Positions 18,874 through 29,672 of a DNA stretch of 64,000 nt are shown piece by piece. The notes under the pieces were generated by a model. It searched no databases and had not been told where the DNA came from. It worked only from the letters and a program-made list of their open reading frames with translations. The number at the start of each line of letters is the position of its first letter. The stretch's first letter is position 1. The position numbers were made by a program, and so were the translations under genes. The stretch is from an uncultured Pseudomonadota bacterium (lineage in GTDB: Bacteria; Oederibacteriota; Muellerivitia; Muellerivitales; Muellerivitaceae): the NCBI GenBank assembly GCA_963770835.1, contig CAVYRH010000011.1, positions 247,753 to 311,752 of the forward strand. Reading direction: 5' to 3'.

Positions 18874-20916
18874 TTACTCCAGTTCAGCACCCAGGATATT
18901 CATCTTTGGGTGCCCCGTTTCCTTTGAAAGCCTCAGGACATTCCAAACCTTTTGAAGGTTGTGCTCGGCCTTGTTGTTTCCCGGATCGAATTGAAGCGCT
19001 TGCTGATAGAGGTCGATGGCAGATTGGCAACTACCAGCCATGGTGAAGCAGTTGGCGTAGTCAATCATCATTGGAACGCAGGTAGGATAGTCGAAATAGA
19101 GGTTTTGATAAATGATTAATGCTTCCTCAAGATGCCCTGTACTGGCAAGGGTTCGGGCTTTCTTGAAGTCATCCAATAGATAAATCAGGATCGGGTCCAA
19201 ACGCACGGCGCGTCTTAATTCCGCCTTGGCTTCCTCATCCCGATTTAACCGAAGGAGAGCTTCATATTTCTGGTAATGAATGAGTTTGTAATCGGGTAGG
19301 GTTTGACCCACGGTATTAAAATCAGTCAGTGCCTTATCCATATCACCGGGTTGGTAGCGGTCAAGAAAAACCGAACCTCGAAAATATTGAGCCGCAAAGT
19401 TCTGTGGATCTAGTTTTAAAGCCTTGTTATAGAAATCGAGGGCGTCGCCCCACTTTCCCAATGAAGTAGCCACCGAGGCTTTCTTTATATCCAAATCGGC
19501 GCCCTGCCGTTGAAAGGCATCCACAACCCTCTGAAAAACAAGTCCCGCCAATAAAACCAGGACCGGCAAAAGGTATATCCGCCAACGGGTTAAATCCAAT
19601 TCTTTCCTTTGAATGGGAAAACCCTCCATCCGATAAAACCTTTGGGAAAGGGCCACGGGAAAAGCCGCGAGGAAAAGAAGAGGGATAAGGGTCGTCGGCA
19701 TGTAACTATTCATGTTCAAAAGGTTGTCAACGGTTATCGCCGCGACCGAAGCGAAGACCCCGGCCGCCAAAGACTTGGAGATGGCATTAACCGCATAAAG
19801 TTTCCACCATTGGGCAAGGACATAAAACCAAAATGCGGCGAACAACAAGAACCCAACAACCCCCGTTTCGGCCGTCCATTCCAAAACCCAATTCGAGGCA
19901 TGCTCCACTTCCAAAGCCCGTTGCGGGTTGTGCAGCATAAGAAATGCCGGACGATAGGATGGAAAAGCCGTGGCAAAGGCGCCATGACCGACGCCGAAAA
20001 TTGGTTGTTTTTTGATCATCTCCATCGTTCCCTTCCAAACTTGTTCTTGAAATTGGACGACTTCGCTGGAGGGAGTCCAAAAGGCCTTCAAGCTGGTTGA
20101 CATGGGCGGAACAAAAAAGGACATGACGATCAAAGCCAAGGGAAGCATGAGCCACTTGATGGCTTGAAGCCCTTGGTCCTTGAGGATAAAAACCGCAAAA
20201 GTGATGGTTCCCACCGTCAAGCCCAACCAACCGCCGGCACTTCCGGTCAAAAAAAGTGAAAACAAAGAGCTCGTTAAAAGAAATCCCCAAAGGATCTGGG
20301 TCATTTTACTTTTCGCCCTCATCCAAAGGGCCAATGCGAGGGGCCAGACCAGCATTAAATATCCGGCTAAACTGTCGGGATTTCCCAGCCCCGCGACAGG
20401 CTTTCCGTTAAATTGGGTTTTGACCACCGCTGTCCATCCGGCATCACCGATTCCGAAGACCTGGCCAAAAGCCCACAAACTACTTCCCAAACCCGATACC
20501 AAAAAAGAAACCAAAAGATTTTCGGCCTGCCAGGCCTCCAAACAAGTAAAGGTTAAAAGTACATACCAAAGCGGATAAACCACATAGTCCTCCATCTGTA
20601 AAAGGCAGGCCTTTGTATAAGGGGAGTAAAGAAGCGTAACGGTGGTCCAAACCATGAAGGCCAAAAGCGCCCAAAGCGCCCTGGAAGAAACCCAGACCAA
20701 TTTCCCGGTTAAATATGTCCGGAGGGCCCACCCCCCCAGCATGAAATACACAATGATTTGAGTGACCGCAAATTTAGGAAAAAGGGGGTCCATCCCGTCC
20801 AATTGGGTTAAAAAGGGCAGAGTAAAAAGAAGAAGCACCGAAAGGAACTGGGGGGCTTTTTCAAGCGCGATACCCCAGCCGGTTTGTAGGGTTATGGGTT
20901 TTGTTTGTACGGACAT
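18874..20916 (-). CDS. O-antigen ligase (Wzy_C)-like membrane protein with C-terminal TPRs, degenerate active site
   Basis: Multiple TM helices, GLGNPDSLAGYL, PIFGVGHGAF, HASN, TPR-like repeats (ALKLDPQN, ALQFDPGN). Confidence 0.8.
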   Translation of the reverse strand: MSVQTKPITLQTGWGIALEKAPQFLSVLLLFTLPFLTQLDGMDPLFPKFAVTQIIVYFMLGGWALRTYLTGKLVWVSSRALWALLAFMVWTTVTLLYSPYTKACLLQMEDYVVYPLWYVLLTFTCLEAWQAENLLVSFLVSGLGSSLWAFGQVFGIGDAGWTAVVKTQFNGKPVAGLGNPDSLAGYLMLVWPLALALWMRAKSKMTQILWGFLLTSSLFSLFLTGSAGGWLGLTVGTITFAVFILKDQGLQAIKWLMLPLALIVMSFFVPPMSTSLKAFWTPSSEVVQFQEQVWKGTMEMIKKQPIFGVGHGAFATAFPSYRPAFLMLHNPQRALEVEHASNWVLEWTAETGVVGFLLFAAFWFYVLAQWWKLYAVNAISKSLAAGVFASVAAITVDNLLNMNSYMPTTLIPLLFLAAFPVALSQRFYRMEGFPIQRKELDLTRWRIYLLPVLVLLAGLVFQRVVDAFQRQGADLDIKKASVATSLGKWGDALDFYNKALKLDPQNFAAQYFRGSVFLDRYQPGDMDKALTDFNTVGQTLPDYKLIHYQKYEALLRLNRDEEAKAELRRAVRLDPILIYLLDDFKKARTLASTGHLEEALIIYQNLYFDYPTCVPMMIDYANCFTMAGSCQSAIDLYQQALQFDPGNNKAEHNLQKVWNVLRLSKETGHPKMNILGAELE

Positions 20917-20938
20917 GGGTGTCCCAAAATTTTATTTT

Positions 20939-22717
20939 TCAAGGAAGTATCTGCCGTTTCAAGGATAAGGCCTTTGCGTTCCGTGGATCAATTTTTAAAA
21001 CCTCGTCCAATTCCCTCAGGGCCGCCTTCAAATCCCGGTTCAGAAAATAAACATAAGCAAGGTCAAAGTGGCCTTCCACCTTATTCGGATCCAATTGAAT
21101 TGATTTCTTGTAATAGCCGCCAGCAAGTTCAATCCTTCTAGGATCGTTATCCGAAGTCAAAAGATATATGTTTCCCAAGTTCAAATAGGCGCCAGCCGAC
21201 TGCGGATTCAACTCAAGTTCCTTTTCAAAAGCCTTTTGAGCGTCCTCCATCTTTCCCGACTTAACAAAGAGGTTTCCCAATTCATGGTAATTCTCGGGAT
21301 TTTCGGGCTGGTTCTTGATGTTTTCCAATATCCTTTGTTGTTCGGTTGAAAGATCGGCCGGGATCTCCTTTAAAAAATCCTTTTCTGGGTTTTCCATCAA
21401 AACAGCGGCCAGGAGCCGGGTTTCTTGAAATAATCCAAAGACCGCGCCGCCTATAAGCAAAGATCCAATAAGAACACCCACCTGGACTTTAAACTTAATC
21501 TTATCGGCTGGAAAAACCTTGTTCGCCAGCAAACCGGCTGATATCCAAAGGAAAAAAGCAATCCCTGGCAGTCGGCAGTTGTAATCAAATAGGTTTGTGA
21601 CCCCTAACCCCAAAAGACCGGCCGCTAGCCCAATTGATTCCATGGGGTGTTCTTTCCCACCCTTCCGGCCACCTAGAACCTGACGGGCCGCTCGGCCCAT
21701 CAAACGGAACCAGAACAATCCTGCCACCGCCAATCCCACCAAGCCCAATTCAACACCCAGCTCTAACACTTCATTGTGGGCATGTTCAGCAAAAGTATTG
21801 TCCTTCAGTGCTTGGACGGATAATTCCTCCGTCATGTAGGGTTGAAAATGAAGGGAGAACTGGCCAACGCCCCAGCCTTGGAGGGGCCTGTCCAATATCA
21901 TTCGAATAGCACCTTTCCAAACCTCGATCCGTTCGGTAGGACGCGTCCCTACCTTGTAGGCGACAAAACCGCCGCCCAATACGACCAAGACGGTGAGGGT
22001 GACCAATCCAAATCGTAATTTTCGATCTTTCCAAACTCGCCCCCCCAGCAAAAAAACAATCAGGAAAAATTCAATCGTAAAACCAAGAAATCCTGCCCTG
22101 CTCCAAGTGAAAAGAAGATTCATCAAAACGAATATCAGTAATGCAACACGAAAAATCGTTTCCCACGCGCCTCTATTTCGATTCAAGGGACTTAAAAGAA
22201 TAACAGGCGCGGCTAAGACTAGGAATGCGGCATAAAGATTGGGGTTGCCGAAGGTGGCGAAAATGCGGGCCGAAAAACCGCTTTGGGCGTATAGGGGGAC
22301 AAAATCCAACCCGGCTTTTTGCAGAAGACCATAAAGGGCCACCAGAAAGACCAACCCCATCCAAACCCACATGCGGCCGGAGCCTTCCTTTTCCTGGGAT
22401 TCCTGCCGGACCAATAAATAAAGGCCCACACAAGGCAAAAACCGGCCCAAGTATTCGGAAGCGGCCAAATCGACTGGGCTCCAGAAATAGGACAAACAGG
22501 TCCAGCCCACATAAAGGGCCAAATACAGTTCCAAGGGGGAAAAGGAAAGTTCTGGTTTCTTGAAAAGACGAAAGGCTTCCACCAGGAGCAACAAGAGAAA
22601 CCCAATGGAAACAACGTAGGATTTGTAATCAACGTCCTGGAAGGAGGGAACGAGGATGACGGCGGCGACAGTCAACCCCCAAAGCACTCGCCGAAGAATC
22701 GAAAGGGTATTTTCCAA
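20939..22717 (-). CDS. O-antigen ligase/O-oligosaccharyltransferase-like membrane protein with C-terminal TPRs
   Basis: TFGNPNLYAAFL, TWSRAG, ERIEVW, PLQGWGVGQF, HAHNEVLE, TPR repeats. Confidence 0.85.
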   Translation of the reverse strand: MENTLSILRRVLWGLTVAAVILVPSFQDVDYKSYVVSIGFLLLLLVEAFRLFKKPELSFSPLELYLALYVGWTCLSYFWSPVDLAASEYLGRFLPCVGLYLLVRQESQEKEGSGRMWVWMGLVFLVALYGLLQKAGLDFVPLYAQSGFSARIFATFGNPNLYAAFLVLAAPVILLSPLNRNRGAWETIFRVALLIFVLMNLLFTWSRAGFLGFTIEFFLIVFLLGGRVWKDRKLRFGLVTLTVLVVLGGGFVAYKVGTRPTERIEVWKGAIRMILDRPLQGWGVGQFSLHFQPYMTEELSVQALKDNTFAEHAHNEVLELGVELGLVGLAVAGLFWFRLMGRAARQVLGGRKGGKEHPMESIGLAAGLLGLGVTNLFDYNCRLPGIAFFLWISAGLLANKVFPADKIKFKVQVGVLIGSLLIGGAVFGLFQETRLLAAVLMENPEKDFLKEIPADLSTEQQRILENIKNQPENPENYHELGNLFVKSGKMEDAQKAFEKELELNPQSAGAYLNLGNIYLLTSDNDPRRIELAGGYYKKSIQLDPNKVEGHFDLAYVYFLNRDLKAALRELDEVLKIDPRNAKALSLKRQILP

Positions 22718-22728
22718 AAAAGAACCCT

Positions 22729-23760
22729 TTAAACGAATTCAACGCCTTTTTTTCCCGCCACGACCTCACCCACGACCGAGGGGTTGGCGCCGTTTTTGCG
22801 GAGCTTCCGCAGGGTCTTTTCCACCTTCTTGGGGCTGACGATCAGGATCATTCCCAGGCCCATATTGAAGGTGCGGTAGGCATCTTCTTTGGGTACATTT
22901 CCCCTTTTGATGAGCCAGTCCATGACCGGTAGAACCTTCCAACTACCTTCCTTAAAGCGGATACGGCAACCTTCCGGCAACACGCGGGGAGGATTGTCAA
23001 TAAGTCCGCCACCCGTAATATGGGCCATGGCCTTGATGTTCACCTCTTCCAAGACCGGATATATTTCGTGGAAGTAGGACTTGTGAGGGGTCAAGAGAAT
23101 GTCCCCGATAACGCCGTTCAATTCGGGCACCCGATCCGTAAATTTCAATCCCACTACGTCGGTCACAATTTTGCGGGCGAGGGAAAAACCGTTGGTATGG
23201 AGTGATACCGAGGGAAGGCCGATGCAGATGTCACCGGGAACGACTTCTTCCCCCCGGATAATGTTTTTCTTGTCCACCACACCCACAATGGTCCCGGCGA
23301 TATCGTAATCCCCTTCCCGGTAAACCGAGGGCATTTCGGCGGTTTCGCCACCGATCAAAGCCACCCCGGCCTTGCGGCATTCCTCGGCCATTCCGGAGAC
23401 AATTTCCTCCACCACCGCAGGGTTCAGCTTTCCTGCCGCGATATAGTCCAGGAAAAACAGGGGCTTGGCGCCCTGCACTAAAATGTCGTTGATGGAATGC
23501 CCCACAATGTCCTGGCCCAGGGTCTTGTACTTGCCCATTGCCAGGCCGATCTGGATCTTGGTTCCCACGCCGTCAGTGGAAGCCACCAAAACGGGTTTTT
23601 TGTATTTCTTGGTTTTGAACTCATAAAGGCCGCCAAAGAGACCGATGTCGGAAAGGACGTTCTCGTTGAAGGTCGAGGCCACTTGTTTTTTAATGCGATC
23701 CACGGTTTCGTTGCCCGCATCAATATTCACGCCGGATGATTTATAAGTTGTAGTTTTCAC
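22729..23760 (-). CDS. purM: AIR synthase
   Basis: YKSSGVNIDAG, TDGVGTK, GGETAEMP, HITGGG, RTFNMGLG. Confidence 0.97.
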   Translation of the reverse strand: MKTTTYKSSGVNIDAGNETVDRIKKQVASTFNENVLSDIGLFGGLYEFKTKKYKKPVLVASTDGVGTKIQIGLAMGKYKTLGQDIVGHSINDILVQGAKPLFFLDYIAAGKLNPAVVEEIVSGMAEECRKAGVALIGGETAEMPSVYREGDYDIAGTIVGVVDKKNIIRGEEVVPGDICIGLPSVSLHTNGFSLARKIVTDVVGLKFTDRVPELNGVIGDILLTPHKSYFHEIYPVLEEVNIKAMAHITGGGLIDNPPRVLPEGCRIRFKEGSWKVLPVMDWLIKRGNVPKEDAYRTFNMGLGMILIVSPKKVEKTLRKLRKNGANPSVVGEVVAGKKGVEFV

Positions 23761-23979
23761 GATTTCCTCCCGTGCATGAACACTTTCGTTTCAATTGTTC
23801 ATGAAAATTCGAAATTTCAATCCCAACCCACTTGAAAATGATCCCACTAATTGTACTGGCATGGAAGGGGGTTGGGTGGGAATTGTGATTGTTCTAGAAG
23901 GCGTACCTAATTTACAATAGCGCCCAGAACCAACCTTACAGTTTTCCACAATTCACGCATTCGATCCTAAGGAAATACC

Positions 23980-25242
23980 GTGTCCGAAAAAGCCAAGTGG
24001 GCAGGAATCTATCTTCTTGCCGGTTTCATTCCCCTTTTCTTTTATTTCCTTCCCCCATTAAGCCCGGAACTCATTTCCCATAAGGTTTTCACCAATTTTC
24101 TTATCTTTGCACCCTATGTGGGCCTTTCCCTGACGGCCTTCCTTGGCTGGCAGATCAATCAAACCCGCATCTTTTGGTCCGCGCTGCTTCTCCTAGCCTT
24201 TTACTTTTATTTGCTGAACCCTGGGTTGTTCGTCATCTCCGAAACCGGGCGAGTAGCAACCCTCCAGATCGTTAGCGTCGCTTATCCCTTGGCCCTTTGC
24301 CTTATCTATCTTTTAAAGGAAAGTCGTTTGTGGAGCGATTTAAGCCTGGCCCGCTTTGTTCTGTCCCTCATTCCTATCGTTTTACTGGTGTGCCTTTATA
24401 GCTGGGCCGTGGATGTTTACCAAAAGCTGATGTTTTGGGGGCCTCCAACCCTCAATCAATCCCTGTATTTCCCGAAATTTACATGGGTCGCCGTCGGCCT
24501 GTTTCTTCTCGTGGCCTACAGCCTTTACGATCCCAAGGCGAAATCGTTCCTTATCGCCTTAGCGACCGCCTTTGTCCCGTTTCTATTCTGCGTCCAAGTC
24601 AGCCTCCTGAGCGGGGCCACCACTTCCAAGCTTCCAACCCGCTTCCACATCATCCTGGCTTTTACTGTTTTGGCGCTCATCCTCTTGCACGCCTTATTAA
24701 GAATGTACTGGCAAAAAGTTTACCTGGACATCCTGACCGCTGTCTCCAACCGTCAGGCCCTGGATGAGCGCCTTCACACCTTGAGCGGGGATTTTTCCCT
24801 CGCCATGGTGGACATCGACCACTTTAAGAAATTCAACGACAGCTACGGCCACGCCGAAGGGGACAATGTGCTGAGGATGGTGGCGCAACATCTGCAGGAA
24901 AATCTCGGGGACAGGGTTTTTCGCTACGGAGGTGAGGAATTTTGCGTGGTTTTCGAGAAGACAGACCTCGATAAGGCCAAGTCAATGATGGAAAGCACCA
25001 GGGCCGGCATGGAGAAACGTAAGTTCACCTTGCGGGGACGCCGAAAAGCAGGCTACAGCGGGATCAACCTCCCCTTCAAAAAAGAGGAAGCCAAAGGAAA
25101 GAGAGTCCACGTCACGTTTAGCGTGGGGGTAGCCTCGTCCAATAAGATTCATCCGACAAGTGAGGAAGTCATCAAACGGGCCGACCACGCCCTCTACGAG
25201 GCCAAGGAGAAAGGCCGAAACCGGGTGGTCTCGGCTAACTAA
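23980..25242 (+). CDS. Membrane-bound diguanylate cyclase (multi-TM plus GGEEF)
   Basis: Hydrophobic N-terminal half; DIDHFKKFNDSYGHAEGD, RYGGEEF, ADHALYEAKEKGRN. Confidence 0.9.
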   Translation: MSEKAKWAGIYLLAGFIPLFFYFLPPLSPELISHKVFTNFLIFAPYVGLSLTAFLGWQINQTRIFWSALLLLAFYFYLLNPGLFVISETGRVATLQIVSVAYPLALCLIYLLKESRLWSDLSLARFVLSLIPIVLLVCLYSWAVDVYQKLMFWGPPTLNQSLYFPKFTWVAVGLFLLVAYSLYDPKAKSFLIALATAFVPFLFCVQVSLLSGATTSKLPTRFHIILAFTVLALILLHALLRMYWQKVYLDILTAVSNRQALDERLHTLSGDFSLAMVDIDHFKKFNDSYGHAEGDNVLRMVAQHLQENLGDRVFRYGGEEFCVVFEKTDLDKAKSMMESTRAGMEKRKFTLRGRRKAGYSGINLPFKKEEAKGKRVHVTFSVGVASSNKIHPTSEEVIKRADHALYEAKEKGRNRVVSAN

Positions 25243-25269
25243 GGAACGTTCGGAAAACCCCAGCCATTA

Positions 25270-26724
25270 TCAACACTTAGCGGCCTCAAGGCTGTACTTC
25301 TCCGTTTCCTCGTCGAAAGGCACGGGATATTTTGCGGTAAAGCAGGCCGTACAATGCCCCTGGGGAGTTCCGGCCACCGCTTTCATCATGCCTTCAACGG
25401 ATAGATAAGAGAGGCTGTCGACCCTCAAATAGGTCTGGATTTCCTCCTGGGTGTGGGTGGCGGCGATCAATTCTTTCCGGCTTGGAAAATCCATTCCATA
25501 AAAACAGGGTGAGATGATGGGGGGCGAGGTAATACGCAGGTGAACTTCCTTGGCACCCACGTTCTTTATCATCTTCACGATCTTTCGCATGGTGGTCCCA
25601 CGCACGATGGAATCGTCGATCAGGATCACCCGCTTCCCCTCCAAAGATTCCTTGACGGCGTTATATTTGAGGCGTGCCCCGAAATCGCGGATGGTCTGGT
25701 CGGGTTCGATAAAGGTTCGCCCAATATAGTGATTGCGAATGAGCCCCATTTCATAGGGAATCTTGGCTTCTTCGGCATAGCCCGTTGCGGCCATGTTGGA
25801 TGAATCCGGAACAGGCACTACCACATCCGCCGACACATAGGCTTCCTGGGCCAGAATGGCACCCAGGCGCTTTCGGACCTTTTGGACACTGGTATTAAAG
25901 ATGCGGGAGTCGGGCCGGGCGAAATAAATGTATTCGAAGATGCACATAGCCGGAGTCGTCTTCTCGAAGGGCTTGATGGAAACTAGGCCGTTCTCGTTGA
26001 TCAAAACAATCTCACCCGGTTCCACGTCGCGGATGTACTTGGCGTCCACGATGTCGAAAGCGCAGGTTTCGCTGGCTAAAACCCAGGCGTCCCCAAGCTT
26101 GCCAAGGCAAAGTGGTCTGAAGCCCTGGGGATCCCTCATGCCCAGCATTCCGTCGTCGGACAAAATCAAAAGGGAATAGGCTCCTCGCACCTGTTTCAGG
26201 GACTCGATGACTCCCTCGATGAGAGTATGGTTGGTGGAGCGGGCCAAAAGATGCACGATGATTTCGGAATCGACGGTAGAGACGAAAATGGAACCCCGCG
26301 CCTCCAATTCGTCACGGATGCGGCGGGCGTTGACCAAATTGCCGTTGTGGGCAATGGCGATGCTGCCACGGGCGTATTCAACGGCGATCGGCTGGGCGTT
26401 CCGGAGCTGGCTGGAGCCGGTAGTGGAATAACGCACGTGGCCGATCGCCACCCTGCCCGGCAATTCCTTGAAAGCCGCCTCGTCGAAAATGTCCGCGACC
26501 AGCCCCATACGCTTATGGTTGTACAAGCGGCCATTGTCCATGGTGCAAATGCCCGCCGATTCCTGGCCCCGGTGCTGGAGGGAATGCAAACCCAAATAGG
26601 TGATCTTGGCCGCTTCCGGATGGCCAAAGACGCCAAAAACGCCGCACTGGTCGTGGGGCTTGTCGTCATCCAACCGGCGGTTGACCCCGGCTTCGTCCTC
26701 TTGTTGGTCGAAATTTTCGTTCAT
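25270..26724 (-). CDS. purF: Amidophosphoribosyltransferase
   Basis: Propeptide then CGVFG, QHRGQES, GHVRYST, DDSIVRGTT, CTACF. Confidence 0.97.
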   Translation of the reverse strand: MNENFDQQEDEAGVNRRLDDDKPHDQCGVFGVFGHPEAAKITYLGLHSLQHRGQESAGICTMDNGRLYNHKRMGLVADIFDEAAFKELPGRVAIGHVRYSTTGSSQLRNAQPIAVEYARGSIAIAHNGNLVNARRIRDELEARGSIFVSTVDSEIIVHLLARSTNHTLIEGVIESLKQVRGAYSLLILSDDGMLGMRDPQGFRPLCLGKLGDAWVLASETCAFDIVDAKYIRDVEPGEIVLINENGLVSIKPFEKTTPAMCIFEYIYFARPDSRIFNTSVQKVRKRLGAILAQEAYVSADVVVPVPDSSNMAATGYAEEAKIPYEMGLIRNHYIGRTFIEPDQTIRDFGARLKYNAVKESLEGKRVILIDDSIVRGTTMRKIVKMIKNVGAKEVHLRITSPPIISPCFYGMDFPSRKELIAATHTQEEIQTYLRVDSLSYLSVEGMMKAVAGTPQGHCTACFTAKYPVPFDEETEKYSLEAAKC

Positions 26725-26747
26725 TACGGCTTTCCTCGTCCCAGGCC

Positions 26748-28977
26748 TCAGGCCATTAGTTTTTCAATACTCGTAAAAAACAGATCCGCCAGTTTGCCGA
26801 CGGAAACGTTGATCTCATTCCCCACCACCAGCCCATCGCCGCCCACCTGGCCTATTTTCTCACAAGGAACTCCGAATTTCCTGGCCAAGGCTTCAAGTTG
26901 GGCTCCATTAGCGGGCCCGCAGGAAACCACCACCCTGGACTGGGTCTCCCCAAAAAGGCGGCCATCCAATCTCCCGGTGCCGGGCAAGGATAGCTTGGCG
27001 CCATGGATTTTTGATTCGTGGGTCAAACCTGTCACGCAGGACTCCGCCAAGGCCACCGCAAAACCGCCATCCGAGCAATCATGGGCACTTTGGAGCAGTT
27101 TGGCATCGGCCATGGTTTTTAAAGCCCGGTGAAGTTGATGCTCGGCCTCTAAGTTCAATTTAGGACAGCGGCCAGTCTTTTTTCCATGGATTAGCTGTAA
27201 ATACCGGCTACCGCCAATCGTATCCCCAATATCCCCAAGTAAATAGATAAGATCGCCGTCCTCCTTGAACCACTGGGTCACGGCGGTAGTTACATCAGCA
27301 AACAAGCCGATCATTCCCACAATAGGGGTCGGATCGATGGCGCCCGATGGATTTTCGTTATAAAGCGAGACATTCCCCCCCGTAATGGGGATGTTGAAGG
27401 CCCGGCAGGCGTCACCCAACCCGGCTATAACCCGGTCGAAATAATAAAAAATTTCCGGCTTTTCGGGGCTTCCAAAATTCAGGCAATCGGTCATGCCGAT
27501 GGGTTCGGCCCCAGAGCAGGCGATATTACGGGCGGCTTCCGCCACCACGGCTTTAGCGCCCTCGTAGGGGTCAAGCGCGCAATAGGAACCTAGGCCGTCA
27601 ATGGTCATGGCCAGCCCCAAGGAAGTGCCTTTTACCCTGAGGACCCCCGCGTCCGAACCAGGACGAACCAAGGTATTGGAACGAACCATATGGTCGTATT
27701 GCTGGTAAACCCAGCGCTTGCTGGCGATTGTCGGGTCGGACAAGAAGCTGTTCTAAAACATTACCCAAGTCTTTCGGCACCGATACGGTACCCTCGTCAA
27801 AGTCCCGGTGCTTTTTCAGGATGGCGGGCTCGCTTTTAGCCGGGTGGTAAACCGGCGCCTCGGTGAGGGAATCGGCAGGGACATCGGCCACCACTTTCCC
27901 ATTTTCCTTGACGACCATTCGGCCCGTATCGGTGACGAAACCGATGGTGGCGGCATGGAGATCCCACTTGGCCAGGATATCATGGACCTTTTGTTCGCAT
28001 CCGGGTTTTGCCACCAGGAGCATTCGCTCCTGGGACTCTGAAAGGAGGATTTCATAGGGGGTCATTCCCCTTTCCCGCTGAGGTACCTTGGCTACATCGA
28101 TTTCGATGCCGACCCCACCCCGGCTGGCCATTTCGCAAGTGGAACAGGTCAATCCTGCCGCGCCCATGTCTTGGATTCCCACCAAAAGATCGCTATGAAT
28201 GAGTTCTAGCGTGGCTTCCATAAGGAGTTTTTCCATGAAAGGGTCGGCCACTTGGACCGCGCTTCGCTTTTCGGTGGATTCGTCGGTGATTTCAGTGGAA
28301 GCGAAGGTGGCCCCGTGGATGCCGTCCCGGCCCGTGGTAGCGCCGATATAAATGACCGGGTTGTTCACCCCGGAAGCCCTGCCCTTGATGATGTGTTCGT
28401 GCCGCACCAGCCCCACCGACATGGCATTAACCAGGCAATTTTCGGTATAGGATTCGTCGAAGACCACTTCCCCTGCCACCGTCGGAATGCCCATGCAATT
28501 CCCGTAATCGGCGATGCCCTTTACCACACCCGTGAAAAGGCGTTTAACCTTCGGATCGGTCAAGGGGCCGAATCGCAAGGAATTGAGGGATGCGACGGGC
28601 CGCGCGCCCATGGTGAAGATGTCACGGAGGATGCCGCCGACGCCGGTCGCCGCACCCTGGTACGGCTCAATGGCGGAAGGGTGGTTGTGGGATTCCACCT
28701 TAAAGGCCACCGCCCAGCCTTCGCCGATGTCCATGATCCCGGCGTTTTCGCCTGGGCCTTGAAGCACCTTGGGCCCCTTGGTAGGCAATGTTTTCAGGAG
28801 CGCCCTGGAATGTTTATAACCGCAGTGCTCGCTCCACATGACCGAATAAAGCCCGAGTTCAGTGATGTTGGGCTTGCGGTCCAGAATTTTGCAGATTCGG
28901 TCGTATTCCTCGGGTTTAAGGCCGTGTTCCTTGATGACCTGGGGTGTGATTGCAACATCCATGATGGAAGCCGTCAT
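26748..28977 (-). CDS. purL: FGAM synthase large subunit, split by an apparent 1-nt insertion at about 27741-27747
   Basis: [30 protein letters not shown] in the 5' [30 protein letters not shown] in the 3' ORF. Confidence 0.93.
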
Positions 28978-29672
28978 GCGACACTCACCTTGGCGGAGAG
29001 GATGGATTTCCAGATAAATTGGCCGTCATGGCTGCCCAAAATATCCTCACCAGACCGATCCGGATGGGGCATGAGTCCGAAAACGTTACGTTTTTCATTG
29101 CAAACGCCTGCGATGTTGTCCAAGGAACCATTTGGATTCGATTCCGGGGTTATGTTTCCCTTTTCGTCACAATAGCGCGTCACAACCTGGCGGTGGTCCT
29201 GTAGGTTCTTCAACCCTTCGGAATCGATGAAGTAATTCCCTTCCCCATGGGCGATGGGAATCTTCAAAACCTGGTTCATCTTACAAGCGTTGGTGAAAGG
29301 CGTGTCCGTCTGTTCCACCTTGATATAAACATTCTTGCAGATGAACTGGAGGCTCCTGTTACGGATCAACACGCCGGGAAGTAGGCCGGCTTCGCAGAGG
29401 ATCTGGAAACCGTTGCAAATACCGATAACCAGGCCGCCTTTGGCTGCAAAATCGGCCACCGACCTCATTACGGGGGAAAAGCGGGCGATGGCGCCTGTGC
29501 GCAGGTAATCCCCGTAAGAAAAACCCCCTGGCACAATCACGCAGTCCGGGTTCTTCAAGTCGGTTTCCTTATGCCAAATCATTTCCACTTTTTGGCCCAT
29601 AACGTCCCGGATCACGTATTCACAGTCGTGATCACAATTGGAGCCCGGGAAAACCGTCACCGAAAACTTCAT
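28974..29672 (-). CDS. purQ: FGAM synthase glutaminase subunit
   Basis: [32 protein letters not shown]. Confidence 0.96.
   Translation of the reverse strand: MKFSVTVFPGSNCDHDCEYVIRDVMGQKVEMIWHKETDLKNPDCVIVPGGFSYGDYLRTGAIARFSPVMRSVADFAAKGGLVIGICNGFQILCEAGLLPGVLIRNRSLQFICKNVYIKVEQTDTPFTNACKMNQVLKIPIAHGEGNYFIDSEGLKNLQDHRQVVTRYCDEKGNITPESNPNGSLDNIAGVCNEKRNVFGLMPHPDRSGEDILGSHDGQFIWKSILSAKVSVA

Noticed and set aside
23761..23979. ZTP, PRPP or purine riboswitch upstream of purM
   Set aside because: Diagnostic consensus segments not found by eye; kept only as an unnamed structured leader
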